From NCBI GenBank assembly GCA_031262035.1, contig JAISIL010000054.1, positions 23,425-87,424 on the forward strand: DNA of 64,000 bases, read 5' to 3'. A program made the position numbers and the translations under genes. Shown piece after piece: positions 19,392 to 28,489 of this stretch (positions are counted from its first letter, which is position 1; each line of letters opens with the position of its first letter). This DNA is from Spirochaetaceae bacterium. Its GTDB lineage: Bacteria > Spirochaetota > Spirochaetia > Treponematales > Breznakiellaceae. Below the pieces are notes generated by a model. That model was not told where the DNA came from. It did no database searches and worked only from the letters and a program-made list of their open reading frames with translations.

Positions 19392-22268
19392 ATGGGAGGG
19401 GCTGTTTCTAAGTATCTTAAAACCCGAATTGCAGCAGCGGCGCTAGTCGCCCTGCTGCTGGGCGGGTGTAAAGCGCTCGTGGCCCCTATGGTTGAAGAGC
19501 CTGGCGAAGCAAGCAATGGAGATATTAGCCTTTTTACCGGCATAGAAGTGCGGGTAAGCTCGGCCGCTACGGTGAGCGCTCAAACTTCAGAAACTGCACA
19601 AAACAGCCGAACCATTGTGCCCAGCGGTTTTGAAAACAAGCTTGAATACCTTTTACGAATAACTTATTCCGATGGCAGCATGGTGTATGAGACCATGGAA
19701 GCCGGTGTTACATCAAGACGCTTTCTGCTGGAATCCGGTGCTTATTCTATGCAGCTCCTCGGTTTTACCGAAGGCCATCTTCCCCTTGAAGCCGATTGGT
19801 CCGACTGGACTGAAAATATAGCAAGCCTTTTAGGCGGCCCCTGGGCGGCAGGCGGAAAGGGCCATGCCCAATATGTAGCGGCTACCGGCACTGCACAGAA
19901 TGCACAGGGGCAGACCACCTTTAATATAAGCAAGGGTGATATACTGGAAGTAACTGTTCCCCTTAGTACCTACTTTAGCGTAAATGGCACAGGAACACTG
20001 CTTTACAATATAGAATTACCTAGCAGCATGGTCAATGGGCAGGATACTGCAACTGTGGTTTCTACAAACAATGTAGTAATTAATATTAATCTCCTGGCCT
20101 CAGGATTTAGCGCCGCAACAAATCTATCCTCGGGGAGCGCTACTGTTGATGCAGGGATGTATAACATACAGGTAAGCATTATCCGCGACCCGGGAACAGT
20201 AAACGAACGATACGCCGGCTACACAAATACGGTGCATATAGTTAGTGGTATGACTTCTTACCTGGGCCTCAGCTTTAAAGATTGGGTCCTGCTGGATAAG
20301 GCAGACCCCGGCCAGGTAACAGGCCTTACAGCAGTGGTGAGTAATGGAGTAAATGTAACACTCAGTTGGACGCCTCCCTCTGCTTTTGACTATGCAGGTT
20401 CTATCATTACCTTTACCCCTACAGTACCTGGTATTAGCCAGCCGATTTTTGTGCCAAAGACCGGGGCGGCAACAGAAAGCTATGCTTTCAATGGGCTTGA
20501 AGCGGGGATCACTTATACCTTTTCTGTTGTCGCTATTGATAATATGGATGATTCAGGCCGTTATAGGCCAATTGCCGATACGCCGGTAACGGCAAGCATT
20601 ACTACACGTCTGATTATTGATGTAGGGGCTTTAACAGAACCGGCTGCCCGAATTCAGTTTGGCAGTTCGGAAACTATGCCGGTAGATTTAGTTAATATGA
20701 GCAGTCATGATATATATATGGCAAAGGTAAACCAGAGCGGGTCTAATGCTTCCGGTACTGCATCAGGCGGCTATTCTGCCAATCAAGTAGGCTTACAGCC
20801 ATCACAAAGCATGCGAAGCATAAATCCCTTGTCTGAAAGCCCTGCTTCTGAGACTGCTCCGGAGCCTTACCCGCTTACTCTGCCAGACGGGCAGACGCTT
20901 ATGATGACGCCAAAAACACTTGTAGAACGGCATGACTTTCATGACTATGTAGAGCCCTATTATGGTGATAAGTCTCGTGCCGCCCTTCCACGGGTTGCAT
21001 ATAGTGTCGGCCAATCCAGAAACTTCTGGGTGCGGCGTAATATAGACGCCTCTGCAGGTTCACAAGCATGGGAATCGAAACCTGCTACCTTGCGAGCAAC
21101 TGGAACCTACTGTGATGTCTGGGTTATGAATAGTGAATATCCTCCTGGTTGGTGGCAGTATTATGGCTATAATGGTTATATTAACACAGAGGATGCTGAA
21201 GATTTACGGGATAATTTTGACGCCCTCTATCCTCATGTAACAAATCTCTTGGGTTATGAAAGGGGAGGGGGCCCGAGCGGAAACGGTGGTGTAGACGAAA
21301 ACAAAAAGGTGCAGATTCTCGTTTATGAATTTAACTATGATTGGGAGGCTGGTGATTTTTTGGGTGCCTCTTCGGTTACTATGGGTTATTATTGGTCAAA
21401 AGATGAAGGAAATGGCGCCAATAGTAACCATTGCGAGATGTTCTACATTGATTCCTGGTGTTTTGATTTTATGGATTTTATAGAAGTTGCCAGTCTAGGT
21501 ATTACTAGTCTTAATATGTATTTAACATTGGCTCATGAATTTCAGCACATGATTAACAATGCCCATGGCGGTTCTGAAAGCGCCCTAAACGAAATGATGT
21601 CCATGATGACAGAAGATTTTGTCGGCCCCTATATAGGCTTTGATTGGGATGACAGTGGTATGCCCATTGAATCGAGAATGCCCGGAGCACTTAATAATTA
21701 TTATGCAAGAAGTGTTACTAATTGGACGAATAATGATATGACTTCGTATTCAAATGCCTTTGCTTTTGGCGCCTATCTGGCGCGAAATTATGGCGGTGCA
21801 GAATTCTTAAGTTCACTTTCTTCATCGAGCAACAGATCGTATCAGGGGATGATTAACTATGCAATGCAAACGAGAAACCCCTCTTTGCCGGTGGACACCG
21901 GGGTGACTAATCCCTATTTCCGTTATGCGCTTGCCCGTTATCCGCAGGCCTGGGTGTTTTCGAGTAGCTCGTATAGTTTGCCGGGAACTTCCTCTGCAAC
22001 TACCGCTCGTGCATTTGATTATACGGTAAATAAAACTGTTGGCGGTGAATCCTATGAAGCGCATGGTTTTGATGTATACGAACAATTTGACCCTCTTATA
22101 GGCGATAATGACCCAACAATACTTTTTTTAACTGATAACAGAACGGTGTATAGCTATGGTATTACCGTTCATACGGATAGTTCCTGGCAGAACAAAAGCG
22201 GTAATATGACAGTAGAATTAAAGAAGCCGACAAATACCAATGTGGAAATATGGCTTTTATTCAGGTAG
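19392..22268 (+). CDS. Paralogous lipoprotein P4: family N-terminal module + FN3-like domain + HExxH metallopeptidase domain (peptidase M30/hyicolysin-like)
   Basis: Lipobox LLGGC. The N-terminal block aligns with P1-P3 (SRTIVPSGFENKLEYLLR, KGDILEVTVPL). FN3-like segment: VTGLTAVVSNGVNVTLSWTPP...YTFSVVAID. LAHEFQHMINN lies at 21534-21548 (HEFQH). Confidence 0.7.
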   Translation: MGGAVSKYLKTRIAAAALVALLLGGCKALVAPMVEEPGEASNGDISLFTGIEVRVSSAATVSAQTSETAQNSRTIVPSGFENKLEYLLRITYSDGSMVYETMEAGVTSRRFLLESGAYSMQLLGFTEGHLPLEADWSDWTENIASLLGGPWAAGGKGHAQYVAATGTAQNAQGQTTFNISKGDILEVTVPLSTYFSVNGTGTLLYNIELPSSMVNGQDTATVVSTNNVVININLLASGFSAATNLSSGSATVDAGMYNIQVSIIRDPGTVNERYAGYTNTVHIVSGMTSYLGLSFKDWVLLDKADPGQVTGLTAVVSNGVNVTLSWTPPSAFDYAGSIITFTPTVPGISQPIFVPKTGAATESYAFNGLEAGITYTFSVVAIDNMDDSGRYRPIADTPVTASITTRLIIDVGALTEPAARIQFGSSETMPVDLVNMSSHDIYMAKVNQSGSNASGTASGGYSANQVGLQPSQSMRSINPLSESPASETAPEPYPLTLPDGQTLMMTPKTLVERHDFHDYVEPYYGDKSRAALPRVAYSVGQSRNFWVRRNIDASAGSQAWESKPATLRATGTYCDVWVMNSEYPPGWWQYYGYNGYINTEDAEDLRDNFDALYPHVTNLLGYERGGGPSGNGGVDENKKVQILVYEFNYDWEAGDFLGASSVTMGYYWSKDEGNGANSNHCEMFYIDSWCFDFMDFIEVASLGITSLNMYLTLAHEFQHMINNAHGGSESALNEMMSMMTEDFVGPYIGFDWDDSGMPIESRMPGALNNYYARSVTNWTNNDMTSYSNAFAFGAYLARNYGGAEFLSSLSSSSNRSYQGMINYAMQTRNPSLPVDTGVTNPYFRYALARYPQAWVFSSSSYSLPGTSSATTARAFDYTVNKTVGGESYEAHGFDVYEQFDPLIGDNDPTILFLTDNRTVYSYGITVHTDSSWQNKSGNMTVELKKPTNTNVEIWLLFR

Positions 22269-22313
22269 AAATTTATTTATACGCAAAATAGGCAAACATG
22301 CCGATAATGAAAT

Positions 22314-24329
22314 GTGAAGAAATATTTATTATGGATAGTATTAGTAGCATTTCTCATTTTTATTGTTTTTAGTATATACGGCTGTCTTGACCCCGTTAGA
22401 GCTCCTGCAATAAACGGCATGGACATTAGTGTATTTGATACAGCACGAATCATTGCCCCCCAGGGTTATCAAACTACTCTGGATTATCTTGTCCGGGCAA
22501 GTAATCCCGATGGTGAGTATGAGAATGTCTATACACTCATTTCTGCAGGTAATAGTACTGCAAGGCTTCTTGTCAATTCCGGCTTCTGGCGTGTTGATGT
22601 TATTGGTTTTAAAGTCGGCATGGCTCCCAAGGAAGAAGACTGGTATTTTTGGGATAGCCAGTCAAGTGATTTTTCTGCTATTCCGGTATCCAGTTCCTGG
22701 AAAAACGAATATATTGTGGTGGTAGGCCGCGGACAGGATTCCGCAGAGTCGGACGATATATTTGTTCCTGTAGATTCAATTATTCCCGTGCATGTGGGTT
22801 TTACTGGTTATACCTATGGGCTAAACTATGGCAGCCTTGGCTATACTGTTCACCTGCCCGATTTAAACGTCGCTAATGGCGACAGTGCAACCCTCTCTAT
22901 TAAGAGGCAGGAAGAAACGGCTTATACTGATTACGACCTTTTAGTCACTGCAAACAATGATACTGATACCTTTAGAAACACCTACGATATTGACAATGCA
23001 ACAGCAACAGGAAGAATCTCAAACCTTCATGCAGGCTTCTATGATGTTCAGGTATATGTAGTAAAAAACGTGCTGCCCAGTGGTGATATTCGCTATGTTA
23101 AAAAAACTGATATAGCACATATTTACCAGAATGTTCCAAGCGATTTTGAATGGATCTTTGCCCTCTCCGAAATGACTTCATATCCGGGCGGCGAACTGAG
23201 TGTTTCGTATGTAGACCCTGCCGCAGACCTTATTACAGAAGACGTTCTGGTATTGTATAAAGACAATAGCAATCGGCCCCTGGAGGCAGGCCTGACAGGC
23301 GAACTCCACCTGCGCAAGGACTGGAAAGATGATTTTACCTACATGCAAATTAGAGTAGATGATGACGATACAGACGACAGTTTTTTTATCGATTTTCGTT
23401 TTGATCCGGTGGCAGGAACAATACACTTAAATAGTATTGATTTTAAGTTGGGCAGCTCTTATCTGACTATCTATATAGTAGATTCCAATGGCATCCCCTG
23501 GACGGATACCTGTCTTATTCAGACGGTAAATGGGCCCGGTCTTTTTCGCAATTATTCAATTAATCGTATTGAAAGTCTTAATGCAACAAGTCCCGACTTT
23601 TTTAAACAGGCAATGGCCTACATTGATACCCATGGAGTCGAAGGCGACTATTGGTATATAACCTTGCTTAATAGCGAAACGGTGGATACCACCTACCTTT
23701 TAGGCGGAAAACCCCTTGTTCTTTCGATTGCAGGCTATAGCAATACGCCCGACCGTGGTGGTGGGCCTGTTATTACTCTTTCGCAAACCGGCGCTTCATT
23801 GTTTACCCTCGACCCGGATAATGCAAGAACCCTGTCTCTTACCCTTGGCGGTTGCCTTAAATTGGAAGGCCTTGATGCAAACGCTTTCCCCTTAATTAAT
23901 GTTCTGGATAGCAGCAGCCTTACTCTCTCCGGCAAACTGGAGCTTATTAACAATGGCGGCACGGGTATTTCGGTAGAAGATAATGGCCGTGTCAATATGA
24001 TAGGCGATGTTTCTATACATGGCAGCTTTGCCTTAAACGGCGCCGGTGTGTATATTGGGCCAAACGGAAACTTTATTATGGAAAAAGGGCGTATCGGCCG
24101 TAACCGTGCGGCTAATTCAGGCGGCGGGGTATTCCTTGCTACAGATGCCGGTTCTTTCGCCAAAACAGGCGGTATTATTTACGGTAGCGATGATGACAGT
24201 AATCTAAATGAAGCTCCAAAAGGTGCGGCCTTCTATTCCGATCCGGATAGAGCAAGAAACAGAACAATAACAACACAGGAACCATTAAAATTCCTTAACG
24301 GTGAATGGCAAATCTGGTCGGCTGATTAA
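22314..24329 (+). CDS. Paralogous lipoprotein P5 (divergent, shorter)
   Basis: GTG start, lipobox SIYGC. Retains TLDYLVR, GPGLF and the C-terminal FAKTGGIIYGSDD...RNRTI...IWSAD blocks. Confidence 0.7.
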   Translation: MKKYLLWIVLVAFLIFIVFSIYGCLDPVRAPAINGMDISVFDTARIIAPQGYQTTLDYLVRASNPDGEYENVYTLISAGNSTARLLVNSGFWRVDVIGFKVGMAPKEEDWYFWDSQSSDFSAIPVSSSWKNEYIVVVGRGQDSAESDDIFVPVDSIIPVHVGFTGYTYGLNYGSLGYTVHLPDLNVANGDSATLSIKRQEETAYTDYDLLVTANNDTDTFRNTYDIDNATATGRISNLHAGFYDVQVYVVKNVLPSGDIRYVKKTDIAHIYQNVPSDFEWIFALSEMTSYPGGELSVSYVDPAADLITEDVLVLYKDNSNRPLEAGLTGELHLRKDWKDDFTYMQIRVDDDDTDDSFFIDFRFDPVAGTIHLNSIDFKLGSSYLTIYIVDSNGIPWTDTCLIQTVNGPGLFRNYSINRIESLNATSPDFFKQAMAYIDTHGVEGDYWYITLLNSETVDTTYLLGGKPLVLSIAGYSNTPDRGGGPVITLSQTGASLFTLDPDNARTLSLTLGGCLKLEGLDANAFPLINVLDSSSLTLSGKLELINNGGTGISVEDNGRVNMIGDVSIHGSFALNGAGVYIGPNGNFIMEKGRIGRNRAANSGGGVFLATDAGSFAKTGGIIYGSDDDSNLNEAPKGAAFYSDPDRARNRTITTQEPLKFLNGEWQIWSAD

Positions 24330-24361
24330 ATCGCTCTACACACTATCTATACACTAGAACA

Positions 24362-25468
24362 TTAGAACTTCCACCCCAATTGTGCGCTGGGCATTATGCT
24401 GAACATTCTAAAGCCATCATCAAAGGCAACGATAGCGTCTGCACCCAGGCTGATACTAAAGTGCTCTGCAATAAGGAAGCGCAGTTCAAGGCCGATGTTT
24501 GCAGAAAGACCAAAGGTGCTCTGCGTTGTATGATCGCCGATAACAAAGCCGATAACCGGGGTTAATCCACCGCCGAGCTGTATATCAAACTCCAGCCAAT
24601 TAAGGCGGGGCAATTGGTATACGGCATACAAATTGGCTGCAAGGTGTGTTCCGCTGGTTTCGGGGTAGAGAATGCCATACTTACCCTCTGCGGTTACCGT
24701 AAAGGGATTATATATCATTTGAAGCTTAAAACCAACACCGCCCCAGTCCCCGGACCAGGGAATGGCCATGCCGCTGAGCATATAGCCCTGCGTAAGGAAA
24801 CTATCGTGCAGCATATCTGCATAGTATCCTGTGATGGGCGCAAGAGGCGCATAGCCTGCGGCAATATACCATTTACCATAATCTTTTTCTTCAGTCACCT
24901 CCTCATTTGTTTCTTCTGTGGTTTCGGCTTCAGTTTCCTCCTCCGGCGCAGCTTCTTCAGCGGTCTGTGCCTGAGCTTTTTCTTCTTCGTTAATAGGTAT
25001 TTGGGATACTATGTATTGAAGAAGGCCGGGGAGAAATTCTGTAGCCTCATCTAATGTTGCATACAGCATTTCATCTGTTATGATGAGTTTGTCGTCTGTC
25101 ATATCATAAAGCCAGAGCTGCATATGCGTTTCACCGGCTGCTAAATCCTGATAAAATGCTGTTGTTATTACATAGGAGGCATTCCGGGCAAGACTTGCCG
25201 AAGGGGGAATACCGGGGTCAGGGAGTGTGCGGGATACTAAATTCCAATTGTAGTCTTCAATGGTAGAAATTGCATTGACCAATGCCGGAGATATTGCAGA
25301 AGCATCCTGGGTAGTATCAGTAAACAGGGTAATTGCATTATTGGCCGTGCTTGCCTCAGGCTGACTTGTCCCTGCATCTTGCTGAACTTCCGCATCTTGT
25401 GCAAAGGCAAAGCCTAAAAAGAAAGAGAAAAATAGTATAATAGTTAAGCAGAGCCGCTTAATATACAT
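24362..25468 (-). CDS. Putative outer-membrane beta-barrel protein with an acidic linker
   Basis: Signal peptide (...GFAFA-QD), an E/T-rich linker (AEEAAPEEETEAETTEETNEEVTEE), and a C-terminal stretch of about 170 aa with alternating hydrophobicity ending GWKF (terminal Phe). Confidence 0.55.
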   Translation of the reverse strand: MYIKRLCLTIILFFSFFLGFAFAQDAEVQQDAGTSQPEASTANNAITLFTDTTQDASAISPALVNAISTIEDYNWNLVSRTLPDPGIPPSASLARNASYVITTAFYQDLAAGETHMQLWLYDMTDDKLIITDEMLYATLDEATEFLPGLLQYIVSQIPINEEEKAQAQTAEEAAPEEETEAETTEETNEEVTEEKDYGKWYIAAGYAPLAPITGYYADMLHDSFLTQGYMLSGMAIPWSGDWGGVGFKLQMIYNPFTVTAEGKYGILYPETSGTHLAANLYAVYQLPRLNWLEFDIQLGGGLTPVIGFVIGDHTTQSTFGLSANIGLELRFLIAEHFSISLGADAIVAFDDGFRMFSIMPSAQLGWKF

Positions 25469-25518
25469 AGTATCCCATATATATTATCGGAAAATAAAAA
25501 ATAACCTTAATATTTGGT

Positions 25519-25770
25519 GTAATTCATAATTCAATCCTTGTCGTACCCTTTTCCTCTCCCGCACCTACCTCCTGATGCTGGAATTCAGTATTACAACGCT
25601 CAGCGTGGGGCAGAGGGAGCAGGACAATCTTTTGTGAGGGCATTTGAAAGTTGCTGTCATCGCTTTGTCGGCAGGCAACATATCAAGACGCCGCCGAAGG
25701 CGGAACTTTCAACAGCCCGAACAAAAGATTGTCCTGCTCCCCCGTACGCAAGGCTTGAATTATGAATTAC
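25519..25770. other. 252-bp nested inverted-repeat element (candidate structured RNA or MITE)
   Basis: Outer arms 25519-25546 and 25744-25770 (16 perfect bp, then 10 more with one mismatch and one bulge). Inner perfect 21-bp arms 25615-25635 and 25721-25741. Further pairing TTGAAAGTT/AACTTTCAA and the apical hairpin CCGCCGAAGGCGG. A 68-nt unpaired segment lies on the left side only. Confidence 0.6.
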
Positions 25771-25816
25771 TGTTGCGATCTATTGCATAATTAAAAGAAA
25801 AATAGTAGAATAAGGC

Positions 25817-26710
25817 ATGCTTGCACTTATTGCTATGCTCTTTACAGCTCTTTTGTGGAGCACTTCGGGGCTTTTTATCAAACTTTTGGACTGGAATCCA
25901 ATGTGTATTGCAGGCGGCCGCAGTATTCTGGCCGCCCTTTTGATATTTATTGTGCGCCTAACACGGCGAAACAAGATTGAAAAGCGTTCTCTGCAATCCT
26001 GGGGCTGGACCATTGCAGCGGGGGTCGCTTATGCCCTTACCATGATATTTTTTGTAGTGGCAAACCGTATGACAACATCTGCCAATGCCATTCTTTTGCA
26101 ATATACAGCACCGGTATGGGCTGCCCTTTTAGGCTGGCTTGTTCTAAAGGAACGCCCCAGTTGGCAAAATTGGTGCAGCCTAAGCCTTGTGTTCCTTGGC
26201 ATGATGCTCTTTTTCCGCGACGGCCTTGTCCTTGCCGCTTCTGCGGAAAATGGCCCGGCGGCTGCCACCATGACATTGGGCAATGTGATTGCACTTGTTT
26301 CCGGCATCAGCTTTGGGGCAAACGCCGTCTTTATGCGAAAGATAAAAGAAGGCGACCCTGCCGACGCCATGCTGATTGCGCATATCATAACCGGCCTTGT
26401 AAGCCTGCCTTTCTTTTTCGATACCATGCCGGCCTTTACCGGGCCCTCTATTGCAAGCATACTGTTCATGGGCTTTTTACAAATAGGCCTTGCAAGCCTT
26501 CTTTTTTCCTACGGCATAAAAAGAATCCCCGCAGTCCAGGCCATGCTCATCTGCATGATAGAACCACTGATGAACCCCGTCTGGGTCTTCCTGGCCATAG
26601 GCGAAACCATAAGCGCCTCCACATTAATCGGTGGTATGATAATTATCCTGGCAGTCCTCTTCTCGCAAATACGGGGCTCAAGGCAAAATCATTTAACTTT
26701 GAAATCATAA
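25817..26710 (+). CDS. EamA/DMT-family transporter
   Basis: 297 aa, about 10 TM helices, two EamA-like halves. Confidence 0.8.
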   Translation: MLALIAMLFTALLWSTSGLFIKLLDWNPMCIAGGRSILAALLIFIVRLTRRNKIEKRSLQSWGWTIAAGVAYALTMIFFVVANRMTTSANAILLQYTAPVWAALLGWLVLKERPSWQNWCSLSLVFLGMMLFFRDGLVLAASAENGPAAATMTLGNVIALVSGISFGANAVFMRKIKEGDPADAMLIAHIITGLVSLPFFFDTMPAFTGPSIASILFMGFLQIGLASLLFSYGIKRIPAVQAMLICMIEPLMNPVWVFLAIGETISASTLIGGMIIILAVLFSQIRGSRQNHLTLKS

Positions 26711-26715
26711 AAAAC

Positions 26716-26814
26716 AACCACGAATATACACGAATCGGCTTCGCCAACACGAATATTCTATGATAAGTAAGTAAAAATTCGTGTGGCCGAAGGCCATTCG
26801 TGTTATTCGTGGTT
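26716..26814. repeat. CACGAAT-heptamer palindromic element, copy 3
   Basis: AACCACGAATATACACGAAT...ATTCGTGTTATTCGTGGTT. Confidence 0.85.
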
Positions 26815-26896
26815 ACTATAAAGTTAAATGATTTTGCCCTGTACGGGGCTCCAGACGGCCTTGAAGAAAACTGTTTTTTCTGATATACTGAAAAAC

Positions 26897-28471
26897 ATGA
26901 GATACTTTAATACCACCGGCCTTTGTGTGCCGAACATGCATTACATGGTCGACATTAGCGGTAAACTCGCCCAAATTAAGGCAATGATAGATAAGGAGCA
27001 GTATTTTACCATCAATCGCGGCCGCCAATACGGTAAAACGACCACCCTGAACGCTCTGGCTGACACTCTTGGGCCGGAATATATTGCTCTCTGGATTAGT
27101 TTGGAAGGGATGACCAATGACACTTTTGAGGACGAATCAAAGTTTGTTTGTATATTTTTAGATAGAATAGAAAAAGCTCTGTGCTTTTCTTCTGTGGCCA
27201 ATGATAAAGACTACATTAAAAGCTGGATAGACCCATCGGTTACAGATATGAACAGCCTAAGCGACCATATTACCAATATGTGCGAAGGTCGTAAAATTGT
27301 GCTGATGATAGACGAGTCTGATAAGTTTAGTAACTATAGACTTTTTATTTCATTCCTCGGTATACTTCGTGATAAATTCCTCCGGCGAACTGCAGGTAAG
27401 GATTATACCTTTCACAGTGTTATTCTGGCCGGTGTGTATGATATAAAGAACATAAAAAACAGAATGATTACCCAGGGAAAGTATACACCCCATGAAGGTG
27501 AAAGCACTGTCTATAATTCACCCTGGAATATAGCAGTCAATTTTAATGTTGATATGTCCTTCAGTGCTCCTGAAATTGCCACTATGCTGAATGAGTATGA
27601 AGGCGACCACCAGAGCGGTATGGACATAAAGGCAATATCCGAAGAACTCCGTGCCTGGACATCGGGCTATCCCTTCCTTGTTTCCCGTTTATGCCAAATT
27701 ATTGACGGTGACTTGGATAAGGATTGGACAATTGCCGGTGTTAAAGATGCAGTCCGGCTTTTAGTGCGGGAGATGAACACTTTATTTGATGATATGGGTA
27801 AAAACATGGAGATGTTTCCTGCCCTGTATCAATTCACCTACGATTTGCTCATTCTTGGTGAAGAGAAAAGGGAATCTTTTCTTGACCCTGTTGTCGGCAG
27901 AGGATTTATGTTCGGATATTTCAGGTCTGATAATGGAAAGGTATTAATAGCCAATCAGATATTTGCAAAGGTGCTGACCGATTATTTTCTTTCCAAAGAT
28001 GATACGACACAAAAGAACAATGTAGAAATTACCGGTGTATTTAAAACAGATGTGGTAAAAGATGGACACTTTGATATGGAGTTAACCTTACATAAATTTG
28101 CACAGCATTACAATGAAATTTTTACCAGAAAAGATAGTGATTTCTGGGAAAAACACGCACGATTAGTGTTTCTGACATACCTGAAACCCCTTATCAACGG
28201 CGAAGGCTTTTATCATCTGGAAAGCCAGTTTACCGACCTTCGCCGTATGGATATTGTAGTTGATTATGGCAAAGACCAGTTTATCATTGAACTAAAGATG
28301 TGGCATGGCGATGCATACGAAGAAAAAGCATACCAACAATTAACCGATTACCTGCAAAGCAAGCACACAAATACCGGCTACCTCCTTACTTTCGATATGC
28401 GGAAAGACAAGCAAGCAAGGGAAGGCTGGATAGAAAAAAACGGCTGCCTTATTTTCGAAGTGGTGCTGTAA
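26897..28471 (+). CDS. Orphan AAA-ATPase-like protein with C-terminal PD-(D/E)xK nuclease-like domain
   Basis: N-terminus MRYFNTTGLCVPNMHYMVD...RGRQYGKTT. C-terminus ...RRMDIVVDYGKDQFIIELKMW (D...ELK). Resembles the AAA-ATPase_like/PDDEXK_9 architecture. Confidence 0.65.
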   Translation: MRYFNTTGLCVPNMHYMVDISGKLAQIKAMIDKEQYFTINRGRQYGKTTTLNALADTLGPEYIALWISLEGMTNDTFEDESKFVCIFLDRIEKALCFSSVANDKDYIKSWIDPSVTDMNSLSDHITNMCEGRKIVLMIDESDKFSNYRLFISFLGILRDKFLRRTAGKDYTFHSVILAGVYDIKNIKNRMITQGKYTPHEGESTVYNSPWNIAVNFNVDMSFSAPEIATMLNEYEGDHQSGMDIKAISEELRAWTSGYPFLVSRLCQIIDGDLDKDWTIAGVKDAVRLLVREMNTLFDDMGKNMEMFPALYQFTYDLLILGEEKRESFLDPVVGRGFMFGYFRSDNGKVLIANQIFAKVLTDYFLSKDDTTQKNNVEITGVFKTDVVKDGHFDMELTLHKFAQHYNEIFTRKDSDFWEKHARLVFLTYLKPLINGEGFYHLESQFTDLRRMDIVVDYGKDQFIIELKMWHGDAYEEKAYQQLTDYLQSKHTNTGYLLTFDMRKDKQAREGWIEKNGCLIFEVVL

Positions 28472-28489
28472 AGGGCTTATGCCGGACAA

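Noticed and set aside
11901-24329. Diversity-generating retroelement (DGR) or cassette-based antigenic variation system acting on the lipoprotein paralogs
   Set aside because: There is no reverse transcriptase, no template-repeat/variable-repeat pair and no silent promoter-less cassettes. All five are full-length genes with their own lipoprotein signals.
25519-25770. Retron msr-msd ncRNA
   Set aside because: The fold geometry is retron-like, but no reverse transcriptase gene lies on either side or anywhere in the window, and no branching-G context could be identified. It is kept only as an unexplained structured element.
26116-26763. 215-aa + strand ORF overlapping eamA in another frame
   Set aside because: Its Arg/Cys/His/Pro-rich composition is unlike real proteins. 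The EamA frame gives a coherent 10-TM protein.
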